From assembly GCA_041659505.1 (NCBI GenBank), contig JBAZYF010000001.1:566712-630711 (forward strand): a DNA stretch of 64,000 bases, written 5' to 3'. The position numbers and the translations under genes were made by a program. Under the pieces are notes generated by a model that worked only from the letters and a program-made list of their open reading frames with translations, ran no database searches and had not been told where the DNA came from. Shown in pieces: positions 1 to 9,168 of the stretch. The DNA is from Parcubacteria group bacterium (GTDB lineage Bacteria > Patescibacteriota > Minisyncoccia > Moranbacterales > UBA2206). Each line of letters starts with the position of its first letter. Within the stretch, counting starts at the first letter, position 1.

Positions 1-1
1 G

Positions 2-2815
2 TTGGCGATGTGGTATATTTGCCACCGTAACGAAAACCGTTATTGGCGGGACGAGCCGTATACACTCTCCCATTTGCCCGATGGGATGACGGAAAGAGTG
101 GATGGAATTTTTGAAATTGATCCTGACACGCTCTCGCACGGTGCGAGGACAGTGGCGGAGATTGTCAAAAAAAGTTACACCGTGCTCGGATCGGACTTTG
201 AGGCGATGGTATGGATTTTTCGCGAGTTCAAAAAAATTGAATTCGAACTGCGCGAGAAAAAAATATCTGGCCGAAAAGCCGAAGATGAGCTCTACGGTTG
301 GTGTAGGCGTAATTTTGTGAATTACAAAAAATTGCGTGCGGTTGAGCTGACTGTGAAGCAAATTCGAGAGGAAGTGGCTAATTCACCACTTCCAATGCGA
401 AACGGAATTTTTGAGCAAAGAGAATTTGATGGCAATGCACTCAGCAAAGCTATCGCCTCCGGGCTTATTGATTTTGTGGGAGTGAAAAGCGACTTTAGAT
501 ATTCTTCGCTTTGTGGGGTGTTTTCGGTAGGGCATAATTCGGCGTGTCCGGAAGATGCGCCCCTTGTGCTTATTGGTGGGATCCGCAAGGTTCCCACTGG
601 AGGTCGCAGAACAAGTTTTATCCACCTGGCTGATTTGGCCGCGCCAATTCAACCGGAATGGCTGGAAGAGATTATGCCGCAGTTTTGCTCATACAACACC
701 GGAATCAATCCTTTTTATTCAAAGGAGCATGATTCCTGTATGTCCACGACGCAGATAGTGTGTAATGGGCAAAAAGTTGGTGAGCGGTTCGTGAGAGATC
801 AGTTCCATAAGCAAGCCCCGGAAATTTTCGCCAGATGGCTGGCGGGACAAACTGATTTGAGTGACACTATGCTTGCGGGCATGATGGCACGAAATCAGCT
901 CAATCAGCAAAAAGCCAAAACGCTCAACGTTTTAGCAGGATCGCCAGTTTTCAAAGAATTTTCCGAAAGTGCGCGAGTAGTATTTTATTCGGAAAAATTA
1001 CTCGGAGCTGGTAGTATTGCTGAAATTAGTGACCCAAATGGACTGCTTTTTCCGAGTATTGATGATGAACTGGCAAAACTGGTTTTATCGGAAAATCCTT
1101 GGGAGGTGGAATATTTTGGTCGAATTCGAGAGATTGAATATCGAGTCGGGTATGCGCCACGCGTGTTGCTCGAGTACAAAGAGCTTGAGAATAACAACTG
1201 GCTAAACCTTCCTTCGGAAGGCATTGTAATTCCCAGCGGGCGACAAGTAGATCTATATTTTATGCCCGACGGACGTTGGGACTATTCATTCAAAAACGGA
1301 GCTGAAATTAAAACTTGGTTTCGTGAAAAATTGAATGCTCAGCAATGGGAAAATTGGAATGACCATTCAGTAATCACCATTCCTGACATCAACGATGAAT
1401 CGGCAGTAATTCCGGAGATTCAAGTTGTTGAATACGGAAAGTGTGTGGTTGATGGGAGTCCACTTTATGGCTATGGCCTTGTTGTATCAAGTGGTAGTAG
1501 CTTCGCAGTAAAGTGGATGAAAAAAGAGGCAGAGGCGAAAGAGGCTCACGCCAATGCCGTGAAGAAATTCGGAGAAATTCGAGTGGAAATGCAAGCGAAA
1601 AGAGAACTGGAAAGTGCCAAAGCCGAAGCGACTGAAGCACGCAAAAAATTCTCTGTCCTGTATGAAAAGCATTATTATGACAGAGAAACTCTTGAGACGA
1701 TTCGTGAAAAATTGTCTCAGGGGAATCGAATTTGCGTAGCGGACAATTCGGCTGAGGGAAATCGGCAATATGCCGCTAAGATCAACGCGATGGTCGCAGA
1801 GATTGAAGCGGAACTGTCAGAAATCGCTCGTAGAAAAGCCGAAGCGGCGGCAGATTTGGAACGGGCCGTTGCGGCCGGAGAAGTGCTAGTTGGCTTTGAA
1901 GCCTGGCATCGCCGGAGTGGAATGAGTGGAAATGGCGACGGTTGGGTGATTCGATCTGACGGATCGCTCCGTGAGCATGATTCCGATACTGTCCAAAGAC
2001 ATAAATCGGACGGGACATATCATTGGGATTATGTTATGGGCGATGAGTTGGCACTCAAGTGGTCCTGTGGGACTATGCGAGATGTTGCTGGCGCAAGTGA
2101 GTTCGCGGTAGTGAAAATGCCGGTTGGCGGACTCACTGAAGCTCAACGCGAAGCAGTCAGAAGGATTGAACTGGATGATATCGGCACTGTTGAGAATTCA
2201 TTTGGTCTTGATCCCGAAGCGGCTGAGCGTCAGGCGAAACTGGTGGCGGAAGCTGCCAGAGTTTTCAAATGTTGTCCGGCTTGTGGGGATCAATTGGTCA
2301 TCGACGAAAATGCCTATCGCGCGCTTATTGGCGAATACGGAATGCATATTTGTCAGGATGACCAAAAAATTTCTCGCTTGTTGGATTATAACAAGCCGTT
2401 TGACGAGACGACGGAAGGGCGCGAAGCTCAAATCGTTGTTTCCAAGCGGATTTCCAATGGCGTGATCGAGGCGCTTGCCTATGAAAAATGGGGCGGGTGG
2501 AATCTCAATCTTCGCTGGAGAAAGCTATCGGAAGAAGAATTGGCAACCGAATCCGATGTGGAAATTGCTACTCAAGGCGACGGTTCTTTTTCTGAAGCCG
2601 GAGATCGTTATTTCCGTTGTTCCTGTGGACGACCGACTCGTCTGACGAAGGGCGACTGGAAACGCTATCTGGCAGGTGAAGAAATTTCACTCATGTGCTT
2701 AGGGTGCTATTCTAGCGGGATAGTCAAGAAAGAAGTGGAAGCCAGTGTAGGCGAAAAAGCTGGCGGAAACGGAGCACTCGACATTTCCAAGCTTAAGGAG
2801 GCTTGGGGAAAATAA
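2..2815 (+). CDS. large hypothetical protein, 5'-truncated by window edge (>=937 aa); coiled-coil middle, two C-terminal Cys4 zinc-ribbon-like motifs
   Basis: Uninterrupted 2.8-kb ORF running off the window start; CCPACGD..C and CSCGRP..CLGC motifs; Lys/Glu/Ala-rich coiled-coil stretch; no catalytic motif recognised. Confidence 0.6.
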   Translation: MAMWYICHRNENRYWRDEPYTLSHLPDGMTERVDGIFEIDPDTLSHGARTVAEIVKKSYTVLGSDFEAMVWIFREFKKIEFELREKKISGRKAEDELYGWCRRNFVNYKKLRAVELTVKQIREEVANSPLPMRNGIFEQREFDGNALSKAIASGLIDFVGVKSDFRYSSLCGVFSVGHNSACPEDAPLVLIGGIRKVPTGGRRTSFIHLADLAAPIQPEWLEEIMPQFCSYNTGINPFYSKEHDSCMSTTQIVCNGQKVGERFVRDQFHKQAPEIFARWLAGQTDLSDTMLAGMMARNQLNQQKAKTLNVLAGSPVFKEFSESARVVFYSEKLLGAGSIAEISDPNGLLFPSIDDELAKLVLSENPWEVEYFGRIREIEYRVGYAPRVLLEYKELENNNWLNLPSEGIVIPSGRQVDLYFMPDGRWDYSFKNGAEIKTWFREKLNAQQWENWNDHSVITIPDINDESAVIPEIQVVEYGKCVVDGSPLYGYGLVVSSGSSFAVKWMKKEAEAKEAHANAVKKFGEIRVEMQAKRELESAKAEATEARKKFSVLYEKHYYDRETLETIREKLSQGNRICVADNSAEGNRQYAAKINAMVAEIEAELSEIARRKAEAAADLERAVAAGEVLVGFEAWHRRSGMSGNGDGWVIRSDGSLREHDSDTVQRHKSDGTYHWDYVMGDELALKWSCGTMRDVAGASEFAVVKMPVGGLTEAQREAVRRIELDDIGTVENSFGLDPEAAERQAKLVAEAARVFKCCPACGDQLVIDENAYRALIGEYGMHICQDDQKISRLLDYNKPFDETTEGREAQIVVSKRISNGVIEALAYEKWGGWNLNLRWRKLSEEELATESDVEIATQGDGSFSEAGDRYFRCSCGRPTRLTKGDWKRYLAGEEISLMCLGCYSSGIVKKEVEASVGEKAGGNGALDISKLKEAWGK

Positions 2816-2861
2816 CGAAAAAAACGCTCGGAATCGAAGCGTTAGTCGGGCAAGGAGAAAA

Positions 2862-3221
2862 ATGATAGCAGCGGAATTTAAAGAAAGAGCTGAAGCCTTA
2901 GCTCTCTGCGTGAATAACCCCTTCGAACTTCTTTTCTTTGTGACCGAGACAAAGTCTTGGCCGAAGGAACTGGAGGATGGCGATCGGTTTTCCCCGGAGG
3001 AGGCTGAAAAGCTAATCCGGGAGACGGGGATAAAAGAACATTCCCAAAAAATCACCGTAGTCTTTTCTCCTACCGGAAATCCGGTAGAGCTCAAAGTTTT
3101 TGTATTTCCTGACCAAAGCGTTATTCTTTGGGACGATCAGGAAATGGGCGGAGATTTCGTGACAGCTCAATCATTTGAAGAGCTGGAAGAATTTTTTGCC
3201 TATGAGGATGACGAAGATTAA
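2862..3221 (+). CDS. hypothetical protein (119 aa), acidic C-terminus
   Basis: ORF with AAGGAG SD 4-5 nt upstream of ATG; no family recognised. Confidence 0.5.
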   Translation: MIAAEFKERAEALALCVNNPFELLFFVTETKSWPKELEDGDRFSPEEAEKLIRETGIKEHSQKITVVFSPTGNPVELKVFVFPDQSVILWDDQEMGGDFVTAQSFEELEEFFAYEDDED

Positions 3222-3371
3222 GTTTGATCGCGAAGCAGTCGGTAAACGCGTGAATCCCTGCTAGCTGGTCCCGGCGATAGGATGGGCATTGTTCTTTCAA
3301 GAAAAAACAGATTTTCAAATCCGGCTGAAGTACTTAGCTCGAAATGAAAACTAAAAAATTGTAGGGGAAGT

Positions 3372-3704
3372 GTGTTGGAGATTTTTAATCCTAAAAATCT
3401 CCACCTTCTCGTGCAAAAAACTCTCTGCGATTTTCCATGGATTCGCAGGGTCGTCCAAAAAATTCTCGTAAAATCGAAAGGAGGTGAGCACTTGATTCTG
3501 CTCAAATATATTTCTGGCCCGCTGGCCGGAACATCCCTGCCAGTTTCCGGTGATATTGACGCCGACAGGTTTCTGGCGGATCTCGTCAGTTTGGGATGGG
3601 TGTGGGAGGTGGTTTCCTGTCCTGCTAACATCCCTCTGGATGATGGGCTGAAAAAATGGATGCGAGCGGATTTGAGAGCTCGCTTGGAGTTATTAAAAAA
3701 ATAG
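3372..3704 (+). CDS. hypothetical protein (110 aa), GTG start
   Basis: ORF followed 75 nt downstream by a strong rho-independent terminator; GTG start after AGGGGA. Confidence 0.35.
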   Translation: MLEIFNPKNLHLLVQKTLCDFPWIRRVVQKILVKSKGGEHLILLKYISGPLAGTSLPVSGDIDADRFLADLVSLGWVWEVVSCPANIPLDDGLKKWMRADLRARLELLKK

Positions 3705-3780
3705 GGAAAAGTTCTTTGTGTTTTTCCGTTAGTAGGGTTTCAGTGTAAACCTGAAAACGGACAAGGGTGAAATAATTTGC

Positions 3781-3828
3781 CGGGAGGAAAGGAATGTTTT
3801 ATTGTCATTCTTTTTCCTCCCGTTTTTA
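3781..3828 (+). terminator. rho-independent terminator (nested hairpin CGGGAGGAAA..TTTCCTCCCG + T5)
   Basis: 9-bp GC-rich stem, loop itself a mini-hairpin, followed by TTTTTAT. Confidence 0.6.
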
Positions 3829-4051
3829 TCTTAGAATTTATCTTTTGGGATAAAAGTTGAGATGAGAAATACTACGCAATATAAAGAACAAAACGGGACT
3901 TTGGAATTGTAGCCAAAGCCTGTTTTTTGTTTGAGAAATTTGTTGAAAAAAACCAAATAAATTTATAACTCCACTAACTCATATTCATTTTTTCCGAGTC
4001 CTAATTTTTTTTGCAAACCCAATTCGTTTGTCCTTGGTTGCCAAAATAAAA

Positions 4052-4082
4052 ATCCCCGATGAGCGATGTCATCGGGGATGAG
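4052..4082 (-). terminator. rho-independent terminator for minus-strand operon 4805<-4086
   Basis: ATCCCCGATGA/TCATCGGGGAT 11-bp stem; T-run follows on the minus strand. Confidence 0.6.
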
Positions 4083-4085
4083 AGT

Positions 4086-4316
4086 TTAGAAATCTAATTC
4101 AGTTTCTGGATTCATGTAAAATTCTGGATTTGGATTATATCCGGAGTCATAAGAGCTATAGTAGGATTCTTTTTCTCTCTTTTTCTTTATGCTTTCTGCT
4201 GATAGCCTGGGTATATTATTATAAGGACTGTGCTGCTCATTTTTTTTCAATGCATCATCTACGCATATGCGTTGACACCTTTCTTTTTTTGTTAGCTTTT
4301 TGCTTTTATTTTTCAT
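4086..4316 (-). CDS. small Lys-rich hypothetical protein (76 aa)
   Basis: ORF 18 nt downstream of the previous minus-strand gene and immediately followed by the terminator; low-complexity composition. Confidence 0.35.
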   Translation of the reverse strand: MKNKSKKLTKKERCQRICVDDALKKNEQHSPYNNIPRLSAESIKKKREKESYYSSYDSGYNPNPEFYMNPETELDF

Positions 4317-4334
4317 TTGGACTTTCCCTTGTTT

Positions 4335-4805
4335 TTAAAAACAAAATGGACGCCCAGTCATTTTATGACGATGCGCTTCTTTCCGACAGCAACAACAAGT
4401 GCCTGGCTGTCCATGTGCATTTACGCCACCGCCAATCATTGGTATAAAATAGGGGCACATTATACAGGTCATCGCTGGAACATTCGATAGTGCTGCGTAT
4501 ACTTGGCGCATTTCATAGGGATAGTCTTCAGGCCATGGCATATTTCTTTTTTCTTTTTGGTAATCTGGATTTTGTGGGAATGCCTGGAGAACTGCCTTGT
4601 GAGCATCAATATGAATCCATCTTTCAGTTTCATGCCCACCCATCATCCCCAGTACTTTCGCGCCTCTGCCAAGTTGTTTATCGCGATTGTCGCCAACTGG
4701 CAATACTACTCCTGGATTTTTTCCCAATACAATATCCAGTGCCTTTTCTTCTTCGTCAGTGTCGGGCTGAAATTTAAGCGTGAATCCGCTAATCCACATT
4801 CTCAT
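4335..4805 (-). CDS. hypothetical Cys-rich protein (156 aa; C-terminal CIMCP..GTCCCCRKEAHRH)
   Basis: AAGGAGG SD 6 nt upstream of the ATG at 4805, hence the shorter start than the track's 4865; no family recognised. Confidence 0.55.
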   Translation of the reverse strand: MRMWISGFTLKFQPDTDEEEKALDIVLGKNPGVVLPVGDNRDKQLGRGAKVLGMMGGHETERWIHIDAHKAVLQAFPQNPDYQKEKRNMPWPEDYPYEMRQVYAALSNVPAMTCIMCPYFIPMIGGGVNAHGQPGTCCCCRKEAHRHKMTGRPFCF

Positions 4806-5023
4806 AAAAACCTCCTTTTTTAATTTGTTAATATGCTCGCCAACTACGGCTAGTTGACTCCTCATCTTACTATTTCCACAAAATAAGTCAAAATATCCGA
4901 TAGTTTTTGTGCTAGTTATTCAAACAATGGCCAATAAAAGCCAAAATTGACATAAAATAAAAAAGCTGATAAGCTTAAAATATCATCGGAAAAAGCGACA
5001 TATAGTTAAAATAGCCTAAAATT

Positions 5024-5746
5024 ATGCTAGAAACGTTGAAAAAAATAGGAATGGAAGAAAAACAAGCTAAGCTTTATTTGGCTTGTCTTTCGCTTGGCGC
5101 GACGACTATTATTGAAATAGCGCGCAAAACCGGCATAAAAAGGACGACCGTCTATGAAAACTTGGACGAGATGGTGCGAGCTGGTTATGTGAAAGTAATG
5201 AAAAAGGAAAAAAGAAAACGCTATCTTGCATTGGAACCAAAGGAGCTAAAAGATTTGATCAGAAGAAAAGAAGCCCTGCTTGAGCAAATAATGCCCCAGC
5301 TTACAGCGATGAACAATGTTAGCAGCATTAAACCGAAAGTGTGGTTTTATGAGGGAAAAGAAGGAATTCTTGAAGCCTATGAAGATTCGCTGAATTATTC
5401 TAATATTGAAGTTGTAGGCTTCGCTTCCGGGGAAGTTTTAAAGATGTTTAGCCTAAAAGAAGTGGAAAAATATATTGCCAGAAGACAACGCAAAAAAATT
5501 ATCCAAACACTGATTATGCCTGAAGACAAAGATGCAAAAAGTTTTATTGTTAATGCGAGCGAACAATTACGAAGAGTGAAAGTGGTAAGCGAAGAAGAGT
5601 ATCCTTTTAAAATCGAAATTAATATCTATGCTAACCGCTTGGCTTTGTTTTCCGTGAAAGACAAAATGGCAGTGATTATGGAATCAGAACCAATTTCATC
5701 AGCGATGCGCATGATCTTTAGGATGTGCTGGAAGGGGATTGATTAG
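5024..5746 (+). CDS. TrmB-family transcriptional regulator (paralog 1 of 3)
   Basis: N-terminal KEAKVYLALLxLG..T..EIA..TGI.RTTVY wHTH typical of the TrmB family; C-terminal effector-like domain. Confidence 0.8.
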   Translation: MLETLKKIGMEEKQAKLYLACLSLGATTIIEIARKTGIKRTTVYENLDEMVRAGYVKVMKKEKRKRYLALEPKELKDLIRRKEALLEQIMPQLTAMNNVSSIKPKVWFYEGKEGILEAYEDSLNYSNIEVVGFASGEVLKMFSLKEVEKYIARRQRKKIIQTLIMPEDKDAKSFIVNASEQLRRVKVVSEEEYPFKIEINIYANRLALFSVKDKMAVIMESEPISSAMRMIFRMCWKGID

Positions 5747-5797
5747 TAAACTGTACAGATAAGTACAGACTAAAAAAACTGACGAATTTTAAATTCT

Positions 5798-7954
5798 ATG
5801 CACCAAACCCTCAAAAAATATTTTGGCTATGACGAATTTAGACCGCTGCAGGCGGAGATCATTTCGCATGTTTTGGAAAAAAATAATGCGTTTGTTTTGA
5901 TGCCGACTGGAGGCGGGAAGTCGCTGTGCTATCAGCTGCCGGCGCTCAAATTTCCTGGCATCACGCTGGTCATCTCTCCGCTCATTGCGCTCATGAAAGA
6001 CCAGGTAGACGCCCTGCGAGCGAATGGAATTGTGGCGGAGTTCATTAACAGCACGCTGGAACTTTCGGAAATTTCTAAGATTGAAAACAAGGCGCGCACG
6101 GGTGAGCTGAAAATTCTCTATGTGGCGCCGGAGCGATTGGCTTTGGATTATTTTCAAGCTTTTCTCAAAACTTTAAAAATAAGTTTGATTGCGATTGATG
6201 AAGCGCATTGTATCTCCGAATGGGGACATGATTTTCGTCCCGATTATCGCAATCTCGCAAAACTGCGAAAGCTTTTTCCAGTTGTACCGGTGATGGCGCT
6301 CACGGCGACGGCGACAGACAGGGTGCGCGAGGATATCGTGCGGCAACTGGAAATGCAAGAAGCGCGCGTTTTTATTTCCAGTTTCAATCGTCCCAACTTG
6401 AGTTATGTCGTGCGACCGAAAAAGAATGCTTTTTTAAATTTGGTAAATTTGCTTAAAAAATATCAGGATCGATCGGTGATTATCTATTGTTTTTCGCGAA
6501 AAGATACGGAAAGTATTGCGGCGAATTTAAAGCTTGAAGGATTTAAGGCGGCGGCCTATCATGCGGGTTTGGAAAATGAAAAAAGAAGAATGACGCAAGA
6601 AAAATTTGTGCGCGATGAAGTGCAAATTATTGTGGCAACGATTGCGTTTGGAATGGGCATCGACAAACCGGATGTGCGTCTCATTGTCCACTACACTTTG
6701 CCTAAATCGATCGAAGGTTACTATCAAGAAACCGGACGTGCCGGGCGGGATGGTTTGCCTAGTGAGTGCGTGCTGTTCTATTCTTTTGGCGATACAATGA
6801 AGCATAATTTTTTTCTGCGTGAGATCCAAGATGAAGCTGAGCGAGCGAGCGGTCAGAAAAAGTTGGCGCAAGTGGTGGAATATGCAGAACTGCGGACGTG
6901 CCGGCGAGAATATTTGTTGCAATATTTCAGTGAAAAACAAGTGGTGGAAAATTGCGGAGGATGTGATGTGTGCCTCACTCCGAAAGAGGAAGTGGACGCG
7001 ACAATTATCACGCAAAAAATTCTTTCTACGATTGTGCGCACCGGTGAACGCTTTGGCGGTCGGCACATCATCAGTGTTCTGCGCGGAGCGCGGTTGAAAA
7101 AAATTCTGGAGCTGGGACATGATAAGCTTTCCGTTTTTGGAATTGCCAAAGACGCGAGCGAAGAAGAGTTGCGCTATTTTATTTCACTGCTACTTGTGAA
7201 AGGATTCATTGCGAAACATGATGGAGAATATCCGACGCTCTATCTCACCAATCTTGGCAAGAAGTTTTTGAATAATCGTGAGACCATTATTTTGCCCTCA
7301 CCGCAGTTTGAAAAAGAACCGGAGGCACAAAGGAAGAAAGGCGCGCTGGAATATGACACGGGACTGTTTGAAGAGCTTAGAATTTTACGAAAGAATCTGG
7401 CTGACCAAAAAGGCGTTCCTCCGTTTGTCATTTTCAGCGATGTAGCGCTCCAAGAAATGGCCTACTATTTCCCACAAACAAAAGAAAGCTTTTTGCAAAT
7501 CAGTGGCGTTGGGGCGATGAAGCTTGCGCAATACGGGGAGAAATTTATGCCGATTATTCGGGAATATGTGAAGGTGCATAATTTGATTAGTAGAGACGAG
7601 GCATTGCCTCGTCTAGGAATTAAACAACGAAAAGACGAGGCGGTGCCTCGTCTCTATGGGGGTGCAGGATCGACATACTTCGAAACCAAAAAATTATTGG
7701 ACGCAGGATTGGCGATTGAAAAAATCGCCAGCGCGCGCAAATTATCGCAGGGGACGATTATTGATCACATTGAAAAACTGAAAGCCGGAGGCGAAGAATT
7801 AACTTTGAAGCATCTGCGTTTGCCTGAGGAAAGATTTCAAAAAATAAAATCCGCCTTCGAAAAATCCGGTGGAATGATGCTTTCGCCGGTGCGGGAAATT
7901 TTGGGGGATGATTTCAATTATGATGAACTAAGAGTGGCGCGGTTGTTTTTGTGA
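5798..7954 (+). CDS. recQ: ATP-dependent DNA helicase RecQ with HRDC and C-terminal HTH-like domain
   Basis: FGYDEFRPLQ, PTGGGKSLCYQLPA, DEAHCISEWGHDFRP, Zn-binding Cys cluster, HRDC-like segment; 718 aa. Confidence 0.95.
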   Translation: MHQTLKKYFGYDEFRPLQAEIISHVLEKNNAFVLMPTGGGKSLCYQLPALKFPGITLVISPLIALMKDQVDALRANGIVAEFINSTLELSEISKIENKARTGELKILYVAPERLALDYFQAFLKTLKISLIAIDEAHCISEWGHDFRPDYRNLAKLRKLFPVVPVMALTATATDRVREDIVRQLEMQEARVFISSFNRPNLSYVVRPKKNAFLNLVNLLKKYQDRSVIIYCFSRKDTESIAANLKLEGFKAAAYHAGLENEKRRMTQEKFVRDEVQIIVATIAFGMGIDKPDVRLIVHYTLPKSIEGYYQETGRAGRDGLPSECVLFYSFGDTMKHNFFLREIQDEAERASGQKKLAQVVEYAELRTCRREYLLQYFSEKQVVENCGGCDVCLTPKEEVDATIITQKILSTIVRTGERFGGRHIISVLRGARLKKILELGHDKLSVFGIAKDASEEELRYFISLLLVKGFIAKHDGEYPTLYLTNLGKKFLNNRETIILPSPQFEKEPEAQRKKGALEYDTGLFEELRILRKNLADQKGVPPFVIFSDVALQEMAYYFPQTKESFLQISGVGAMKLAQYGEKFMPIIREYVKVHNLISRDEALPRLGIKQRKDEAVPRLYGGAGSTYFETKKLLDAGLAIEKIASARKLSQGTIIDHIEKLKAGGEELTLKHLRLPEERFQKIKSAFEKSGGMMLSPVREILGDDFNYDELRVARLFL
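7594..7653. repeat. two in-frame 21-bp GC-rich palindromes inside recQ (AGACGAGGCATTGCCTCGTCT and AGACGAGGCGGTGCCTCGTCT)
   Basis: Perfect and near-perfect palindromes 18 bp apart; encode the duplicated peptide RDEALPRLG..KDEAVPRLY. Confidence 0.6.
7907..7954 (+). repeat. recQ 3' terminus, copy 1 of a triplicated about 45-bp segment (att-like)
   Basis: GATGATTTCAATTATGATGAACTAAGAGTGGCGCGGTTGTTTTTGTGA recurs, diverged, at 9061-9099 and 12070-12118. Confidence 0.55.
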
Positions 7955-7968
7955 ATTTTGGGCGGGGG

Positions 7969-8010
7969 TTGACTTGGGGATAGTTCCTAGTATACTAGGA
8001 ACTAGGAACT
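7969..8010 (+). promoter_or_regulatory. sigma70-like promoter (TTGACT-N16-TATACT) overlapped by a perfect 22-bp palindrome AGTTCCTAGTATACTAGGAACT plus a third AGGAACT half-site; candidate autoregulatory operator
   Basis: Read directly; the palindrome spans the -10 element 28 nt upstream of the 8031 ATG. Confidence 0.55.
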
Positions 8011-8030
8011 AATAATTGTAGGCAAAAAAT

Positions 8031-9026
8031 ATGGACAAAACTACTTCTGAGAAAATAATTGAATATATCGCCAAAAACAGCCAGGCTAGTGGTAAAGAGC
8101 TGGCTGATTATTTGGAAATTACTGATCGTGGCGTGCGAAAGCAACTAAAAACGCTACTCGAAAGAAATGAAATTTGCAAAATAGGTAAGTCGCCAAAAGT
8201 TTTTTATCGCATTGCTGCAGAAAAAACCGTAGTTTTTAAACTTGCTATGGACGGAGTTGTTGTTGGTGAAAAAGTTAAAAAATTTATTAACGATCACTAT
8301 CTTAATATCACTCCTATCGGAGAGAGAAAAGAGGGTTGGGCTGGTTTTGTGGCTTGGTGCCAAAAAACCAATCAAGATGTGGCAAGAATGGCGCAGGATT
8401 ATTATAATTTGATGGAAAAATATAATAAATTCAAAACAGAAAAGGGATTAATCGATGGCAGGAAGAAAATAAAAAATACTTTTCCTGAAATGCATCTTGA
8501 CGAGCTATTCTATGTTGATTTCTATAGCATTGAACGATTTGGAAAAACAAAACTGGGGCAGTTGCTTTTGCATGCCAAACAGAGTCAGAACAAAAAGTTG
8601 ATCAGAGAAATTTCTAGTGAAGTGAAGGAAAAAGTGGAATATTTAGTTAAAAAATTTCGGATTGATGGTGTCGGCTATATTCCTCCGACTGTGAAACGTG
8701 AAGTGCAATTTATGAAGGAGCTGCAGCGAAATTTGAAGCTTCCGCTAAGGATGTTGGCTATTTCCAAGATAAAAACAGAAATAGCCGTTGCCCAAAAAAC
8801 ACTCACAAAGTTGCCTGATCGTATAGAGAATGCAAAAAAGACGTTTATTGTGGAAGGCGTTACCAACTATAATAATATTTTGCTTATTGATGATGCGGTC
8901 GGTTCCGGAGCAACACTGAATGAAGTGGCAGGCAAAATTAGAGAAAAGAAAATTTGCAAGGGCAAAATAATCGGGCTAGCAATCACGGGAAGCTTTAAGG
9001 GATTTGATGTTATTAGTGAAGTTTAG
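8031..9026 (+). CDS. PurR-like regulator: N-terminal winged HTH plus C-terminal type-I phosphoribosyltransferase-fold effector domain
   Basis: N-terminal IIEYIAKNSQASGKELADYLEITDRGVRKQLKTL; C-terminal ILLIDDAVGSGATLNEVAG PRPP-binding motif; architecture as in B. subtilis PurR. Confidence 0.65.
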   Translation: MDKTTSEKIIEYIAKNSQASGKELADYLEITDRGVRKQLKTLLERNEICKIGKSPKVFYRIAAEKTVVFKLAMDGVVVGEKVKKFINDHYLNITPIGERKEGWAGFVAWCQKTNQDVARMAQDYYNLMEKYNKFKTEKGLIDGRKKIKNTFPEMHLDELFYVDFYSIERFGKTKLGQLLLHAKQSQNKKLIREISSEVKEKVEYLVKKFRIDGVGYIPPTVKREVQFMKELQRNLKLPLRMLAISKIKTEIAVAQKTLTKLPDRIENAKKTFIVEGVTNYNNILLIDDAVGSGATLNEVAGKIREKKICKGKIIGLAITGSFKGFDVISEV

Positions 9027-9060
9027 TTTTTTTTGGCTTTTCTTTGCATGCAAGAGTTTT

Positions 9061-9099
9061 GATACGACAAGCTGAAAGTGGCGCGGTTGTTTTTGTGAG
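9061..9099 (+). repeat. degenerate copy 2 of the recQ 3' terminus
   Basis: CTGAAAGTGGCGCGGTTGTTTTTGTGA matches recQ 7925-7954 almost exactly. Confidence 0.55.
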
Positions 9100-9168
9100 T
9101 TATTCTCAATTATTACTTGGCTGGTGGAATAGTGCTAGTGAGTATTTAAATAACTTTATCTAACTAAT

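Noticed and set aside
3218-3631. 137-aa minus-strand ORF
   Set aside because: Arg/Ser-rich unnatural composition, antisense to an SD-supported plus-strand ORF, and no RBS.
6527-7149. 197-aa and 98-aa minus-strand ORFs
   Set aside because: Fully antisense to recQ, whose motifs are unambiguous.
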